A DNA stretch of 64,000 bases, taken from Azospirillaceae bacterium (GTDB lineage: Bacteria; Pseudomonadota; Alphaproteobacteria; Azospirillales; Azospirillaceae). Of the stretch, positions 26,017-35,893 are shown piece by piece. The notes beneath the pieces were generated by a model. That model was given only the letters and a program-made list of their open reading frames with translations, was not told the DNA's origin and made no database searches. The stretch's first letter is position 1; each line of letters opens with the position of its first letter. A program made the position numbers and the translations under genes. The stretch is from contig JAPWJW010000004.1 in assembly GCA_028283825.1 (NCBI GenBank), forward strand, positions 2,292 to 66,291, read 5' to 3'.

Positions 26017-27537
26017 ATGCATCCCCAGCAGTATTCCGAGTTCCGTGATGAGACGAAGTTCAACGCCCTTCTGAAGGCGGCCTTCGACAACCCCCTGAAG
26101 GTCAACCCTGAACTCTTGGAGGAGATGGCCAAGGTTTGGCAGCAGTCCACCAACGCCACCCAGGGCCTGACCTATTACGACGTGCAGGCGCCGGCGGTTG
26201 AGCTGGTGCCGATGCTGACCCCCTTGCTGAACGCCATCCCCCGCGACGTGGGCGGCCTGGGCATCCAGGCCAACTGGAAGGCCATTACCGGGGTCAACGT
26301 CACCTCAATGTCCGCCGGCGTGGCCCAGGGGCGTCGCGGTGGGCAGGTCGTCACCCAGACCGCCGACTACAGCGCCTCCTTCCGTGGTCTCGGCCTGGAA
26401 GACGCCGTCACCTTCGAGGCGCAGATGGCGGGCAAGCGGTTCCAGGACGTCCGTGCCACGATGGGCCTGCTGCTGATCAAGGCGCTGAAGCTGGCTGAAG
26501 AGAAGATCGTTCTGGCCGGCAATACCTCGCTGAAGCTGGGCACCACCCCGACGCCCACCGTGGTTGCGTCGAACGCCGGGGGTGCCCTCACGGCCGGCAC
26601 CTGGTCCGTCATCTGCGCCGCGCTGACCTTCGATGGCCTGCAGAGTGCCAGCGTGGGCGGCGGCGTCCTCGGCCAGGTCACGCGCCAGAACGCGGGCGGC
26701 ACCACCGAGACTTACGGGGGCGGCACCGCCAAGCTGTCCGCCGCTGCCACGGGTGCCACCACCGGCGCCGCCGGCAGTGTGACGGCCACCGTGACGTCCG
26801 TGCCGGGCGCGTTCGGTTACGCCTGGTTCTGGGGGGCGGCCGGCTCCGAGGTTCTGGGTGCCATCACCACCATCAACAGCGTGGCGATCAACGCCGCCGC
26901 GACCGGGACCCAGACGGCGGCCAGCCTGGGCGCCCTCGACAACTCGACCAACAACCTGGTCTATGACGGCCTGCTCACCCAGGTGCTGAAAAGCGGTGCC
27001 GGCTATTTCTATGCCATGCCGACCGGTACGGCCGGCGTGGGTACGCCCCTGACCGCCGATGGCAAGGGCGGCATTGTCGAAATCGAAAATGCGTTGCGCT
27101 GGTTCTGGGACAATTTCCGGGTCAGCCCCACGTGCATCTGGGTGTCCAGCCAAGAGCAGACCAACATCACCAACAAGGTGCTGTCGGCCACCAGCAACGG
27201 CGCCAAGCGGCTGGTGATCAATACCGAGCAGGGCAACGTCGTGGGCGGCGACCTGGTGACCGGCTACCTGAACCGGTACGCCTCAGGCGGTTCGAAGGTA
27301 ATCCCCATCCGCCAGCACCCTGACCTGACGCCGGGCACCATCCTGTTCGACACGGACATGATCCCGTACGCCGTGGGCTTCTCCAACCCGAAGAAAATCC
27401 TGCTGCGCCAGGACTACAACATCATCGACTGGACGATCACCCAGCGTCAGTGGGAGGCCGGCATCTACCTGGACGGGGTGCTGCAGAACTACGCCCCCTT
27501 CGCTTTCGGCGCGATCACCAACATCGCCAACGGCTGA
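26017..27537 (+). CDS. Major capsid protein with inserted beta-rich domain
   Basis: Position, strong codon bias, TPLLNAIPR, EEKIVLAGN, terminal FGAITNI. Confidence 0.75.
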   Translation: MHPQQYSEFRDETKFNALLKAAFDNPLKVNPELLEEMAKVWQQSTNATQGLTYYDVQAPAVELVPMLTPLLNAIPRDVGGLGIQANWKAITGVNVTSMSAGVAQGRRGGQVVTQTADYSASFRGLGLEDAVTFEAQMAGKRFQDVRATMGLLLIKALKLAEEKIVLAGNTSLKLGTTPTPTVVASNAGGALTAGTWSVICAALTFDGLQSASVGGGVLGQVTRQNAGGTTETYGGGTAKLSAAATGATTGAAGSVTATVTSVPGAFGYAWFWGAAGSEVLGAITTINSVAINAAATGTQTAASLGALDNSTNNLVYDGLLTQVLKSGAGYFYAMPTGTAGVGTPLTADGKGGIVEIENALRWFWDNFRVSPTCIWVSSQEQTNITNKVLSATSNGAKRLVINTEQGNVVGGDLVTGYLNRYASGGSKVIPIRQHPDLTPGTILFDTDMIPYAVGFSNPKKILLRQDYNIIDWTITQRQWEAGIYLDGVLQNYAPFAFGAITNIANG

Positions 27538-27553
27538 CCAGCCAAGGGTGCAA

Positions 27554-27585
27554 GGGTGCCCGGCAGGCTGTCGCGCCGGGCGCCC
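27554..27585 (+). terminator. Hairpin after capsid gene
   Basis: GGGTGCCCGGC...GCCGGGCGCCC. Confidence 0.4.
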
Positions 27586-27604
27586 ATCACTGGAGTGATC
27601 TGTC

Positions 27605-28153
27605 ATGGCGGATTTCACCACCCTCGCGGCTGCGCGGCTCTGGGCCAACATCAAGGGCACCGCCGACGACGCGTTGCTGTCCAGTCTGATCACCAGCTGC
27701 AGCGACGCCATGCTGGCTTACTGCAATCGCGACTTCTTCCTGTCGCAGGACAAGACGGAGATCCGGGACGGCACGGGTAGCCCCCAGTTGACGGTGCGCA
27801 ACTATCCCCTGACGGCCGTCAGCGAGGTCACCGTCAATGGGCGGCCGATCCCGGCCGGGTCGGTGACGACGCCGGGCTTCTACTTCGCCGACACGCGCAT
27901 TGTGCTGAACGGCTACGCCTTCCTGCGCGGGGTGGCCAACGTCACCGTGGCATACACGGCCGGCTGGGCGACCCTACCGCCGGCCCTGGTGCAGGCCTGC
28001 AACGAATTGGTCGCCTTCGCCTACAAGAACCGCGACCACATCGGCGTGAGCAGCCAGGCGGGGGTCAACCAGACCACCTCTTACATCACCGCCGCCATGC
28101 CGCAGGGCGTCGCGGCCATCCTGCAGCAGTACCGCCGCGTGGTGCCCGTATGA
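27605..28153 (+). CDS. Head-tail adaptor (gp6-like)
   Basis: DDALLSSLITSCS...YCNR, VAYTAGW..LP. Confidence 0.75.
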   Translation: MADFTTLAAARLWANIKGTADDALLSSLITSCSDAMLAYCNRDFFLSQDKTEIRDGTGSPQLTVRNYPLTAVSEVTVNGRPIPAGSVTTPGFYFADTRIVLNGYAFLRGVANVTVAYTAGWATLPPALVQACNELVAFAYKNRDHIGVSSQAGVNQTTSYITAAMPQGVAAILQQYRRVVPV

Positions 28154-28650
28154 GCGATTTCATCGAGATCAGCAGCACGGGGATGCCGGAGGTCACGGTC
28201 AACGTGGCGCAGTTCCCCGATGTGGTCCGGCTGGCCATGGCGCGGCAGATCGTGTCCGAGGCAGCCGGCCTGGAACGGACCCTTAAGACCAAGGCCCTGG
28301 CCGGTGAAATCCTGCAGCGCCGCAGCGGCCGGCTGGCCAACAGCATCCACACCGAAACGGAGATCGAGGGCAACCGCGTCGTCAGCATCGTCGGCACCGA
28401 CGTTGAATACGCCGCCTACCATGAATTCGGCTTTCACGGGTCGATGACGGTGCACCGGTCCGAGGCCACGCGGGCCCAGTGGAGCGCGCACATCCTGGGA
28501 CGGAAGGCGGTCAACAAGGAAAGCTGGACGCGCACCGTCAACTACGCGGGCCGCCCGTTCATGAAGCCGACATTTGAGGCTGCGCTTCCGGGCATCGAGG
28601 CGCGCATGACCGAGGCCCTGAAGAAGGCGACGGGCGAGGCCATGAAATGA
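28150..28650 (+). CDS. HK97 gp10-like neck/tail completion protein
   Basis: RSGRLANSI, GTDVEYAAYHEFG, RPFMKP. Confidence 0.75.
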   Translation: MSDFIEISSTGMPEVTVNVAQFPDVVRLAMARQIVSEAAGLERTLKTKALAGEILQRRSGRLANSIHTETEIEGNRVVSIVGTDVEYAAYHEFGFHGSMTVHRSEATRAQWSAHILGRKAVNKESWTRTVNYAGRPFMKPTFEAALPGIEARMTEALKKATGEAMK

Positions 28651-29078
28651 GCCGCGATGCCTATTACGAGGCGCTGTTCACCTATCTCAGCGTCCTGAAA
28701 AGCCAGGGGACAGTTCAGACCGCCGAACGCGGCGTCGTGGCCTTGGCCGACGTCGCGGAGGCCGATTTGCCGGCCCTGTTCCTGGTGGTCGCCGACCAAG
28801 TCTACCGGCCTACGCAAGGTTTTCCGGCTAAGCGCACCTTGGAGGCCCTGGTTTTCCTTTATGCGGCTCGGGGCGACGACGGCGTGACCACCGCTGGTGC
28901 CAAGGTCAACGCCTTGCTGGACGCCGTGGAGGGGGTGCTGCAGCCGGCACCGGGCTTCACGCAGACGCTGGGCGGCCTGGCTGAGTGGGTCCGCATCGAC
29001 GGGACCGTTCAGGTTTTCGAGGGCCCCGACCAGACCCGTGCGGGCGCCGCCGTTCCTATCCGCATGCTCATCCCCTGA
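28647..29078 (+). CDS. Putative tail terminator
   Basis: Position and size; QTLGGL motif. Confidence 0.55.
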   Translation: MSRDAYYEALFTYLSVLKSQGTVQTAERGVVALADVAEADLPALFLVVADQVYRPTQGFPAKRTLEALVFLYAARGDDGVTTAGAKVNALLDAVEGVLQPAPGFTQTLGGLAEWVRIDGTVQVFEGPDQTRAGAAVPIRMLIP

Positions 29079-29094
29079 ACCTGAAAGGCACGCC

Positions 29095-29358
29095 ATGGAT
29101 GACAGTGAAGTCCTGCCCCCGGCCACCGAAACGCCGACGCCCGAAACGACCCCGGCGGGGGAGAGCGCCGCGGCTGCCCCGGCCCCGGCGGCGGGTACCC
29201 CGCTGGCGGCTCGCCTCGATGCCGCCGTGTCGGCCTGGATCGTTGACCAGGTCCACAACAGCCCGCTGGCCCGCGTCACCGAGGCTTACAACCACCTGAT
29301 CGGCAGCCTGCCGGCCCTGAAGGCCCGCGTGCTGGCCATCCTCGAAACAGAGGTCTGA
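29095..29358 (+). CDS. Hypothetical protein
   Basis: AAAGG RBS, fills gap before tail tube. Confidence 0.55.
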   Translation: MDDSEVLPPATETPTPETTPAGESAAAAPAPAAGTPLAARLDAAVSAWIVDQVHNSPLARVTEAYNHLIGSLPALKARVLAILETEV

Positions 29359-29361
29359 CCC

Positions 29362-30099
29362 ATGCCCCAATATTCCTTCGGTGCCGGTTCCCTGTTCGGC
29401 ACCCCGGCCGGCGTGGCCAACGCCACTCCCGTCCAGTTCGGCACCCTGCAGTCCGTCTCGGTGGACATCGACTTCACCCTGAAGGAACTGTACGGCCAGA
29501 ACCAGTTCCCGGTGTCCGTCGCCCGCGGCCAGGCCAAGATCCAGGGCAAGGCCAAGACGGGTCAGATCCAGGGGCTGCTGTTCAACAGCCTGTTCTTCAG
29601 CGGCACGCAGGCGACCGGGCAGCAGCTGGTGGCCCTGAACGAGGCGGCGGCCGTGCCGGCGTCCACGCCCTATATGGTGACGGTGGCCAACAGCACCACC
29701 TTCGTGGCTGATCAGGGCGTCGTCTTCGCCGCCACCGGCGTGCAGCTGACCCGCGTGGCCAGCGCGCCCACCACCGGGCAGTATTCGGTTGCCGCCGGCG
29801 CCTACACCTTCGCCGCCGCCGATACCGGTGCGGGCCTGCTGATCAGCTACAGCTACACCAGCGCCACTGGTGGCACGGTCACCACCATCTCCAACCAGCT
29901 GCAGGGGGTGGCGCCCACCTTCTCCTGCACCCTGACCACGCCCTTCGGCGGCCAGAACTTCGTGCTCAGCCTGAACGCCTGCACCTCCAGCAAGCTGCAG
30001 CTGGCGACCAAGCAGGGCGACTACATGCAGCCGGAGTTCGACTTCATGGCCTTCGCTGACGCCTCCGGCACGGTGGGCCAACTCAGCGTGCAGGGGTAA
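29362..30099 (+). CDS. Major tail tube protein (siphovirus type)
   Basis: Beta-rich, KELYGQNQFP; precedes chaperones and tape measure; no sheath gene present. Confidence 0.7.
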   Translation: MPQYSFGAGSLFGTPAGVANATPVQFGTLQSVSVDIDFTLKELYGQNQFPVSVARGQAKIQGKAKTGQIQGLLFNSLFFSGTQATGQQLVALNEAAAVPASTPYMVTVANSTTFVADQGVVFAATGVQLTRVASAPTTGQYSVAAGAYTFAAADTGAGLLISYSYTSATGGTVTTISNQLQGVAPTFSCTLTTPFGGQNFVLSLNACTSSKLQLATKQGDYMQPEFDFMAFADASGTVGQLSVQG

Positions 30100-30103
30100 G
30101 GCC

Positions 30104-30481
30104 ATGGCGAAGGAATCCGTCAAGGCCGGCTGGTTGATCACCCTGGGCGCGCAGTCCTTTCCAGTTGGGCTGTTCACCTTGGGGCAGGTTGGCCGCGCCT
30201 TCGAACATCTCGACCAGGCGCTGCTGCCGCTATCGCAAGGCGGCCTGCAGGGCTGCCGACAGCTGATCGCCATCGCCCTGGAGCGCCAGCTGTGCGCGCA
30301 GGAAATCAGCGATGGCCAGTCTGACGACCAGGTCGCGCTCTTGGCCTACGAACGTGTGGGGGCGTTCGAGGGGACGCCGGAGCAGATCGTGGCGGCGGTC
30401 ACCACAATCGCCCACGCATCGGGGCTGATACGCCTGGGGGAGCCTCAAGCGGGGATGGCGACAGTGGCGGGGTCCGCCTGA
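30104..30481 (+). CDS. Tail assembly chaperone G
   Basis: Position; slippery GGGGGAG at 30436-30442. Confidence 0.7.
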   Translation: MAKESVKAGWLITLGAQSFPVGLFTLGQVGRAFEHLDQALLPLSQGGLQGCRQLIAIALERQLCAQEISDGQSDDQVALLAYERVGAFEGTPEQIVAAVTTIAHASGLIRLGEPQAGMATVAGSA

Positions 30482-30714
30482 CCTGGGACGAGTTCCTGGC
30501 CCAGCTGTGCATCGACACGGGTTGGCCCTATTCCGAAGTCCTGGCGCTGACGGTTCCCCGCTACCTGGCGCTGCTAAAGCGCTGGGAGGTCTATCCCCCC
30601 GTCAGCCGCCTGATCGCCTGGTATCTCGGCCTCGGCAAAGAGAAGGCGACTGACGAAGCATCCCTTAACGACTTGCTCGCCCTGTTCGGCGCCGGTGGTG
30701 GCGTCATCCGGTAG
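30436..30714 (+). CDS. Tail assembly chaperone GT extension (-1 frameshift)
   Basis: -1 frame open from slippery site: ...RLTWDEFLAQLCIDTGW...YPPV...GVIR*. Confidence 0.65.
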   Translation, partial: GGASSGDGDSGGVRLTWDEFLAQLCIDTGWPYSEVLALTVPRYLALLKRWEVYPPVSRLIAWYLGLGKEKATDEASLNDLLALFGAGGGVIR

Positions 30715-30731
30715 TAGAGGTTTTGGACCCC

Positions 30732-33700
30732 ATGACCGACCAGGTCGTTTCCATTCGGCTCGATGCGGATGCCAGCACCGTCCAGGCCGCCTCTGCCAAG
30801 GCGGAGACGGCATTAAAGAGCCTCTACAACACCCTGAACGCCGGAGCCCCCGCCGCGCGTTCCATGTCGGTCGAGACCCAGCGTTACGTCGAACAGATCG
30901 ACGGCGCCCAGCGGACGTTGCGTACGACGCAGGACCAGTTCCAGGCCGTGTCCGACGCCCTGGAAAACCAAGAGATCAGCGCCAACGAGGCCACGCGGGC
31001 GTTCCAGGCCATTGAGGCGGCTGCCGGCGCGGCGGCCAAGGGTGAGGAAGGTCTTTCCCTCTCGACGGTGGGGGCACGCCGCGAACTGGTGGTGTTGGGA
31101 CACGAGATCATCAGCGGGAATTTTTCGAGGATCCCGGGCTCGCTGATGGTGTTGGGCGAACGCATGGGCGGGCTATCGCTGTCGCTCATGGGTACCGCCG
31201 GTGCCTTCGCTGCTGTGGGTTACGGCGCCTACGAGCTGGTCGAACACATCCGGGAGGTGGATCAGGAGGTCAAAGGCCTCTCTGGTGACATGTCGGCCAT
31301 CGGCAAGGGTGCCCAGAACACCCCTACCCAGGTCGAAGCGTGGTTGGACCGCATCAGGGACAAGTACGGCCTGACGCGCAAAGAGGCGCTGAGCCTGGGC
31401 GAGGCCATGCGCGGCCTCAACGCCAGCGAGGCGGATCAATCGGCGTTGGAAAAATATGCCGTCACGCTGGCCAAGATGGCGCCGGCGGAAGGTGGGGTGG
31501 AGAAGGTCAGCAAGTCCTTCGCGACGGCATGGGATGGGGGCGCCGACGCCGTCGAGAAGCTGGGCCTGCAGCTGCGGGCGCTGAACGAGGACGATCTGAA
31601 GGCGCTGGATACCGCCCGTCAGCAGCATGACGTGGCTGCAGCCCGCGTCGTCATGCTGCAGATGCTGGAACGCCGCCTTCTGGGCATCGCCGACGCCCAG
31701 CAGGCGGTCAATGAATGCCGCCCGGGATGAAGGGGCCCACAACCGCATCGGGTTCAGCAAGGACGATTGGGGCGTCGATCAGACCCGGTCCACAGCCGCC
31801 AAGGGGCAGCTGCAGACGGCCATGGCCAACCAAGGCCCTGATCAGAACCAGGTTGAAGAGTTCCAGAAGGATCAGTTCGGCCCACAGCAGCTGCAACGGC
31901 AGTTGCAAGCCCAGGCGGCGATCTGGACGGAGGGGCGGGCGGCCCTGTTGGCCAAGGAAGTCGAGGCCTGGCAGCAACTCATCCAGACCGGCAACCTGGG
32001 CGCCGAAGCCCTGACGGAAGCCCAGCGCCAGCTGAACACAGCCCAGGCTGCCCTGCGCCAGCAGAACAGCGCCGACGCCGTCGCCAATGCCCGCGACGGG
32101 CTGGCCAGCCAGGCGGCCGTGACCGACCAAGGCCGGGCGCAGCGGCTGCAGGCGCAGATCGCCGCCGACCGCGAGTTGCTGGCCAGCACCACCCTGACGG
32201 TCGAGGATCGGAAGGGCGTCCAACGCGACCTGAACGCCGCCCTGGCGCAGCTGCGCCAGCAGGACAGCGCCGACGCCATCGCCCAGTCCCGCGCCCAGCT
32301 GGCCGAGCAGGCTGCCGTCGGCAGCCAGACCCGGGCGCAGCAGCTGCAGGCGCAGATCAGCGCGGACGAGCAGCTGTTGGCCAGCGGCAAGCTGACGGCG
32401 GACGCCCGCCTGGGGGTGGAACGCGAACTGAACCTGGCCAAGGCCAGCTTGGCCCATGAACAGGCGGCCGAAGGCCTGCGCACCCTGCAGGAAGAGGTGA
32501 CGGTCGCCCGTGCCGGCAGCCAGGAACGGATCGCCCTGCTGCAGCAGGAACTGGCGTATGCGAAGGCGCATTTCGGGGCCATGTCCACCGAGGCGAAGGA
32601 CGCGCAGACCGCGCTGACGGCCGCTGTCCGCGAAGGGCAGAAAGAACGCGAGGGCATCGAGCGCGAGGCCAACAACACCTCCATCCAGCTGAGCAAGATC
32701 GCCACCGAAGCCGAACGGGACCGGCTGGAAGCCGAGGTGCAGGCCGGCCGCATCACCGAGGCGCAGAAGATCGCCAGCCTGAAGCGCCTGGCGGACGCGG
32801 AGTACGAACAGAACCTGGAAATGCTGATCGAGCAGCGGGCCGCCCTGACGGAGGGCACGCTGGCGTGGCAGCAGGCGCAGGACAAGATCGACGTCCTGAC
32901 CGCCACCCACACGGCCCAGCTGGCCAAGTACGCGGATCAGACCGCGACGGCCAACGCCAAGGCAGCCCAGGCGTCCGCCCGTGCCTGGGAAAGCGCCCTG
33001 GCGCCGGTGGAGCGCGCCTGGGACAGCAGCCTGACCGGCTGGATCCAGGGTACCCAGACCCTCCAGCAGGCCATGGCGAAAATGGGCACGGCCATCCTGG
33101 CGGAAGAGATCACCACCGACACGAAATGGCTGTCGCACAAGCTGCTGGTCAATGCCATGGGCTTGGCCAGCGACAAAAGCACGGCTCAAGGCGGCCTGCT
33201 GGCCTATTTGCTGGCCGACCGGTCAAAGACGGTTTCGGCCACGGCGGCCGAGGCCACCCGCACGGCCTCCACTGCCACCGGCGTGGCGACCCGCACGGCC
33301 ACTACCGCCACTGAGAGTTCCTCGTTTATTGGGCGCTTGGGCTCGATGATCGCCGGCTGGCTGGGCCTGGAAACCGGCAAGACGGCGGCGACGGCGGCCG
33401 GCGTGACCGACCGCGCCATCGCCGACAAGGCGGAGGCGATCGCCGAAACCACCAAGGCCGAAGGCGAAATCCAGATCGCCGCTGCCGTGGCCGGCGCCAA
33501 TGCGTATGCGGCCTATGCCGCGGTGCCCCCGGTGGCGGCGGCGATGGCGGCCGAAGCGGTGGGCGCCGTCCAGGCGTTCAACAGCATGTTGGCGGTGGGG
33601 GGCGGCCTGGCCTCGGCCGCCGGCGGCTGGGGGCAGGTTCCATACGACGGTGCCATCACGGAGTTGCACAAGAACGAGATGGTCTTGCCGGCCAGCATCG

Positions 33701-33933
33701 CCAGCCCGCTGCGCGCCGCCGTGACCACCTGGCGCAACCCGCCGGCCAACCTGGTCGCCAACCAGAACGGCGCAGCTGCTGCGGCGCCGGCAGCAACGGG
33801 CGGCCAAGCGGGTGGTGATGTGCACCTGCACGTCAACGCCATGGACACCAAGTCTGTGGCGCAATTCTTCCAGGCCAACAAGGGGCCCTTGGCGGATGCC
33901 CTGAAGGCCGCTCACCGCAACGGGAAGCGCTGA
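30732..33933 (+). pseudogene. Tape measure protein split by 4-bp duplication AATG (31710-31717)
   Basis: Ala/Gln-rich helical ORFs in two frames; deleting one AATG gives 1065 aa. Confidence 0.85.
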
Positions 33934-33936
33934 TCC

Positions 33937-34536
33937 ATGGCGCTGATCTATCCCACGCTGCCCGGCATCGCCTTCGATTGCACGAAGAAGCCGACCTGGT
34001 CCACGGACATCCAGAAGGCCAAGAGCGGCCGGGAAACCCGCATCCGCTGGCAGTCCCGCCCCCGCTGGGAATTCACGCTCGTCTATGAGTTTCTGCGCGA
34101 TACGGCCGCCGCCAATGAACTGCAAACGCTGCTGGGGTTCTATAACCAGGTGAGCGGCGCCTATCAGGCTTTCTTGTTCGTGGATCCCGACGACAACACC
34201 GCCGTCGGCCAGACCCTCGGTGTTGGCGACGGCACCAGCAAAGCCTGGACGATGATCCGGACCGCCGGGGGGGCCGTCGAAACCGTGGGCGCCGTCACCG
34301 CCCTGACCGCCGTCTACATCAACGGCGTGGTCACCACCGCCTACAGCCTGTCGGGCGTGACGATCACATTCAACAACCCACCCGCCGATGGCGCCGTGCT
34401 CTCCGCTGACTTCACCTATGCCTTCGTCTGCCGCTTCCAGGCCGATGATGACATGGAGGTATTGAAGTTCGCGAAGCAGCTGTGGGAGGCCAAAACGGTG
34501 AACCTGATCAGCCTGATTGGAGAGGTCATTACCTGA
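33937..34536 (+). CDS. Distal tail protein (DUF2460, GTA-like)
   Basis: WSTDIQKAKSGRETR, FLFVDPDD, GVGDG, VCRF. Confidence 0.8.
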   Translation: MALIYPTLPGIAFDCTKKPTWSTDIQKAKSGRETRIRWQSRPRWEFTLVYEFLRDTAAANELQTLLGFYNQVSGAYQAFLFVDPDDNTAVGQTLGVGDGTSKAWTMIRTAGGAVETVGAVTALTAVYINGVVTTAYSLSGVTITFNNPPADGAVLSADFTYAFVCRFQADDDMEVLKFAKQLWEAKTVNLISLIGEVIT

Positions 34537-35444
34537 TGAAATCCACCGATCCCGCCCTGATCGAGTATCTGGCCAGTACCCCGGAAATCTGCCAGGCAGA
34601 ACTGTACACCATCTATCTGGCGACGGCCCGGGCCACCCCTGGTCTACCCGCCGGCAGCATGTTGTGCTGGACCACCTGGGACCAGGACATCACCATCGGT
34701 GACGTGACCTGGTCGGCCACGGGCCCGCAGGTTTCGCGGGGAGCCATCACCACCAGCATGACCATGGAGGTGCCGGAAGTGCAGTTGGACTGCTACTTCC
34801 GGGACAGTGACTTGGTCGATGGCCTGACCTTGGGTGCCTTCGCGGATAACGGGGGATTTATCGGCGCCCAGTTGGCTATCGACTGGGTTGTCATGCCCAC
34901 CCCTGGCGTTCCGACCTTCGTCGTCCGCGAGTTCACCGGCCCGCTGGGTGTCGCGGCACCATCGGCCAGCAAGGTGCAGCTGACGGGCAATGGCGCCAAT
35001 AAAAGCTTGAATGTCCAATATCCGCTGAGGCTTTACCAAAAGCCGTGTTTGAACACGCTGTACGCCGCCGATTGCGGGGTGCTGCGGACCAATTTCACCT
35101 GGTCGAACGCTTGCGCCGCCGGCAGCACGAACCTGGTGCTGGTGCCCGCCACCAACCTCTCCGCCATGGCCGGGCAGTCCATCGCACCGGACCCCACGGC
35201 CTTTGCCGATGGCGCCCTGACTTTCACCGGTGGTGTCAACGCGGGCGCGTCCCGGGGCATCCGGCTCGCGGCCGATGGCAGCATCACGCTGATGTATGGG
35301 CTCCAGCACACGCCGGGCCTGGGTGATCCCTTCGCCGTCAGCTACGGCTGCACCCACACCGCCGATATCTGCGGCAGCCGCTTCAACAACGCGGCCAGAT
35401 ATCAGGGCTACCCCTACATTCCACCGGCGGAGACCAGCGCATGA
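34536..35444 (+). CDS. Baseplate hub (DUF2163, GTA-like)
   Basis: CLNTLYAADCG, GCTH...C..RFNN...YQGYPYIP. Confidence 0.82.
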   Translation: MKSTDPALIEYLASTPEICQAELYTIYLATARATPGLPAGSMLCWTTWDQDITIGDVTWSATGPQVSRGAITTSMTMEVPEVQLDCYFRDSDLVDGLTLGAFADNGGFIGAQLAIDWVVMPTPGVPTFVVREFTGPLGVAAPSASKVQLTGNGANKSLNVQYPLRLYQKPCLNTLYAADCGVLRTNFTWSNACAAGSTNLVLVPATNLSAMAGQSIAPDPTAFADGALTFTGGVNAGASRGIRLAADGSITLMYGLQHTPGLGDPFAVSYGCTHTADICGSRFNNAARYQGYPYIPPAETSA

Positions 35445-35893
35445 TGACCGTCGCTGAACAGCGCGCGGCCGTGGCGGCCGAGGCCCTGACGTGGGTAGGC
35501 ACGCGCTACCACCAGCTGGCCGATGTGAAGGGGGCCGGCGTCGATTGCTCCATGCTGCTGGTGCGCGTGTTTGTGGACACGGCCGTGATGCCGGCGTTCG
35601 ACCCCCGGCCGTATCCGCCCGATTGGCACCTGCACCGTTCGGAAGAGCGGTACGTGGCATGGGTCGAACAGTTCTGCACCGAGTTCGACCCGGCGATCCG
35701 CGCGCCGGAGGCGGGCGACGTGCTGTTGATGCACTTCGGCCGGTGCTTCAGTCACGGTGCCGTCATGATCGGGGCGAGCAGCCTGGTGCATGCCTTCGCC
35801 AAGGATGGACGCTGCACCCACGGTGACATCACCCATGAGCCCTTCCGCAGCCGCCAGCTGCGCTTCTACATCCCGAACGTTTGGGGGGCCTGA
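35441..35893 (+). CDS. NlpC/P60 tail peptidase
   Basis: WVGTRYH...GAGVDC, FSHG. Confidence 0.85.
   Translation: MMTVAEQRAAVAAEALTWVGTRYHQLADVKGAGVDCSMLLVRVFVDTAVMPAFDPRPYPPDWHLHRSEERYVAWVEQFCTEFDPAIRAPEAGDVLLMHFGRCFSHGAVMIGASSLVHAFAKDGRCTHGDITHEPFRSRQLRFYIPNVWGA

Noticed and set aside
32040..32460. Nucleotide repeats in the tape measure gene as a separate element
   Set aside because: They reflect ordinary protein-level helical repeats (LRQQ.SADA, QLQAQI).
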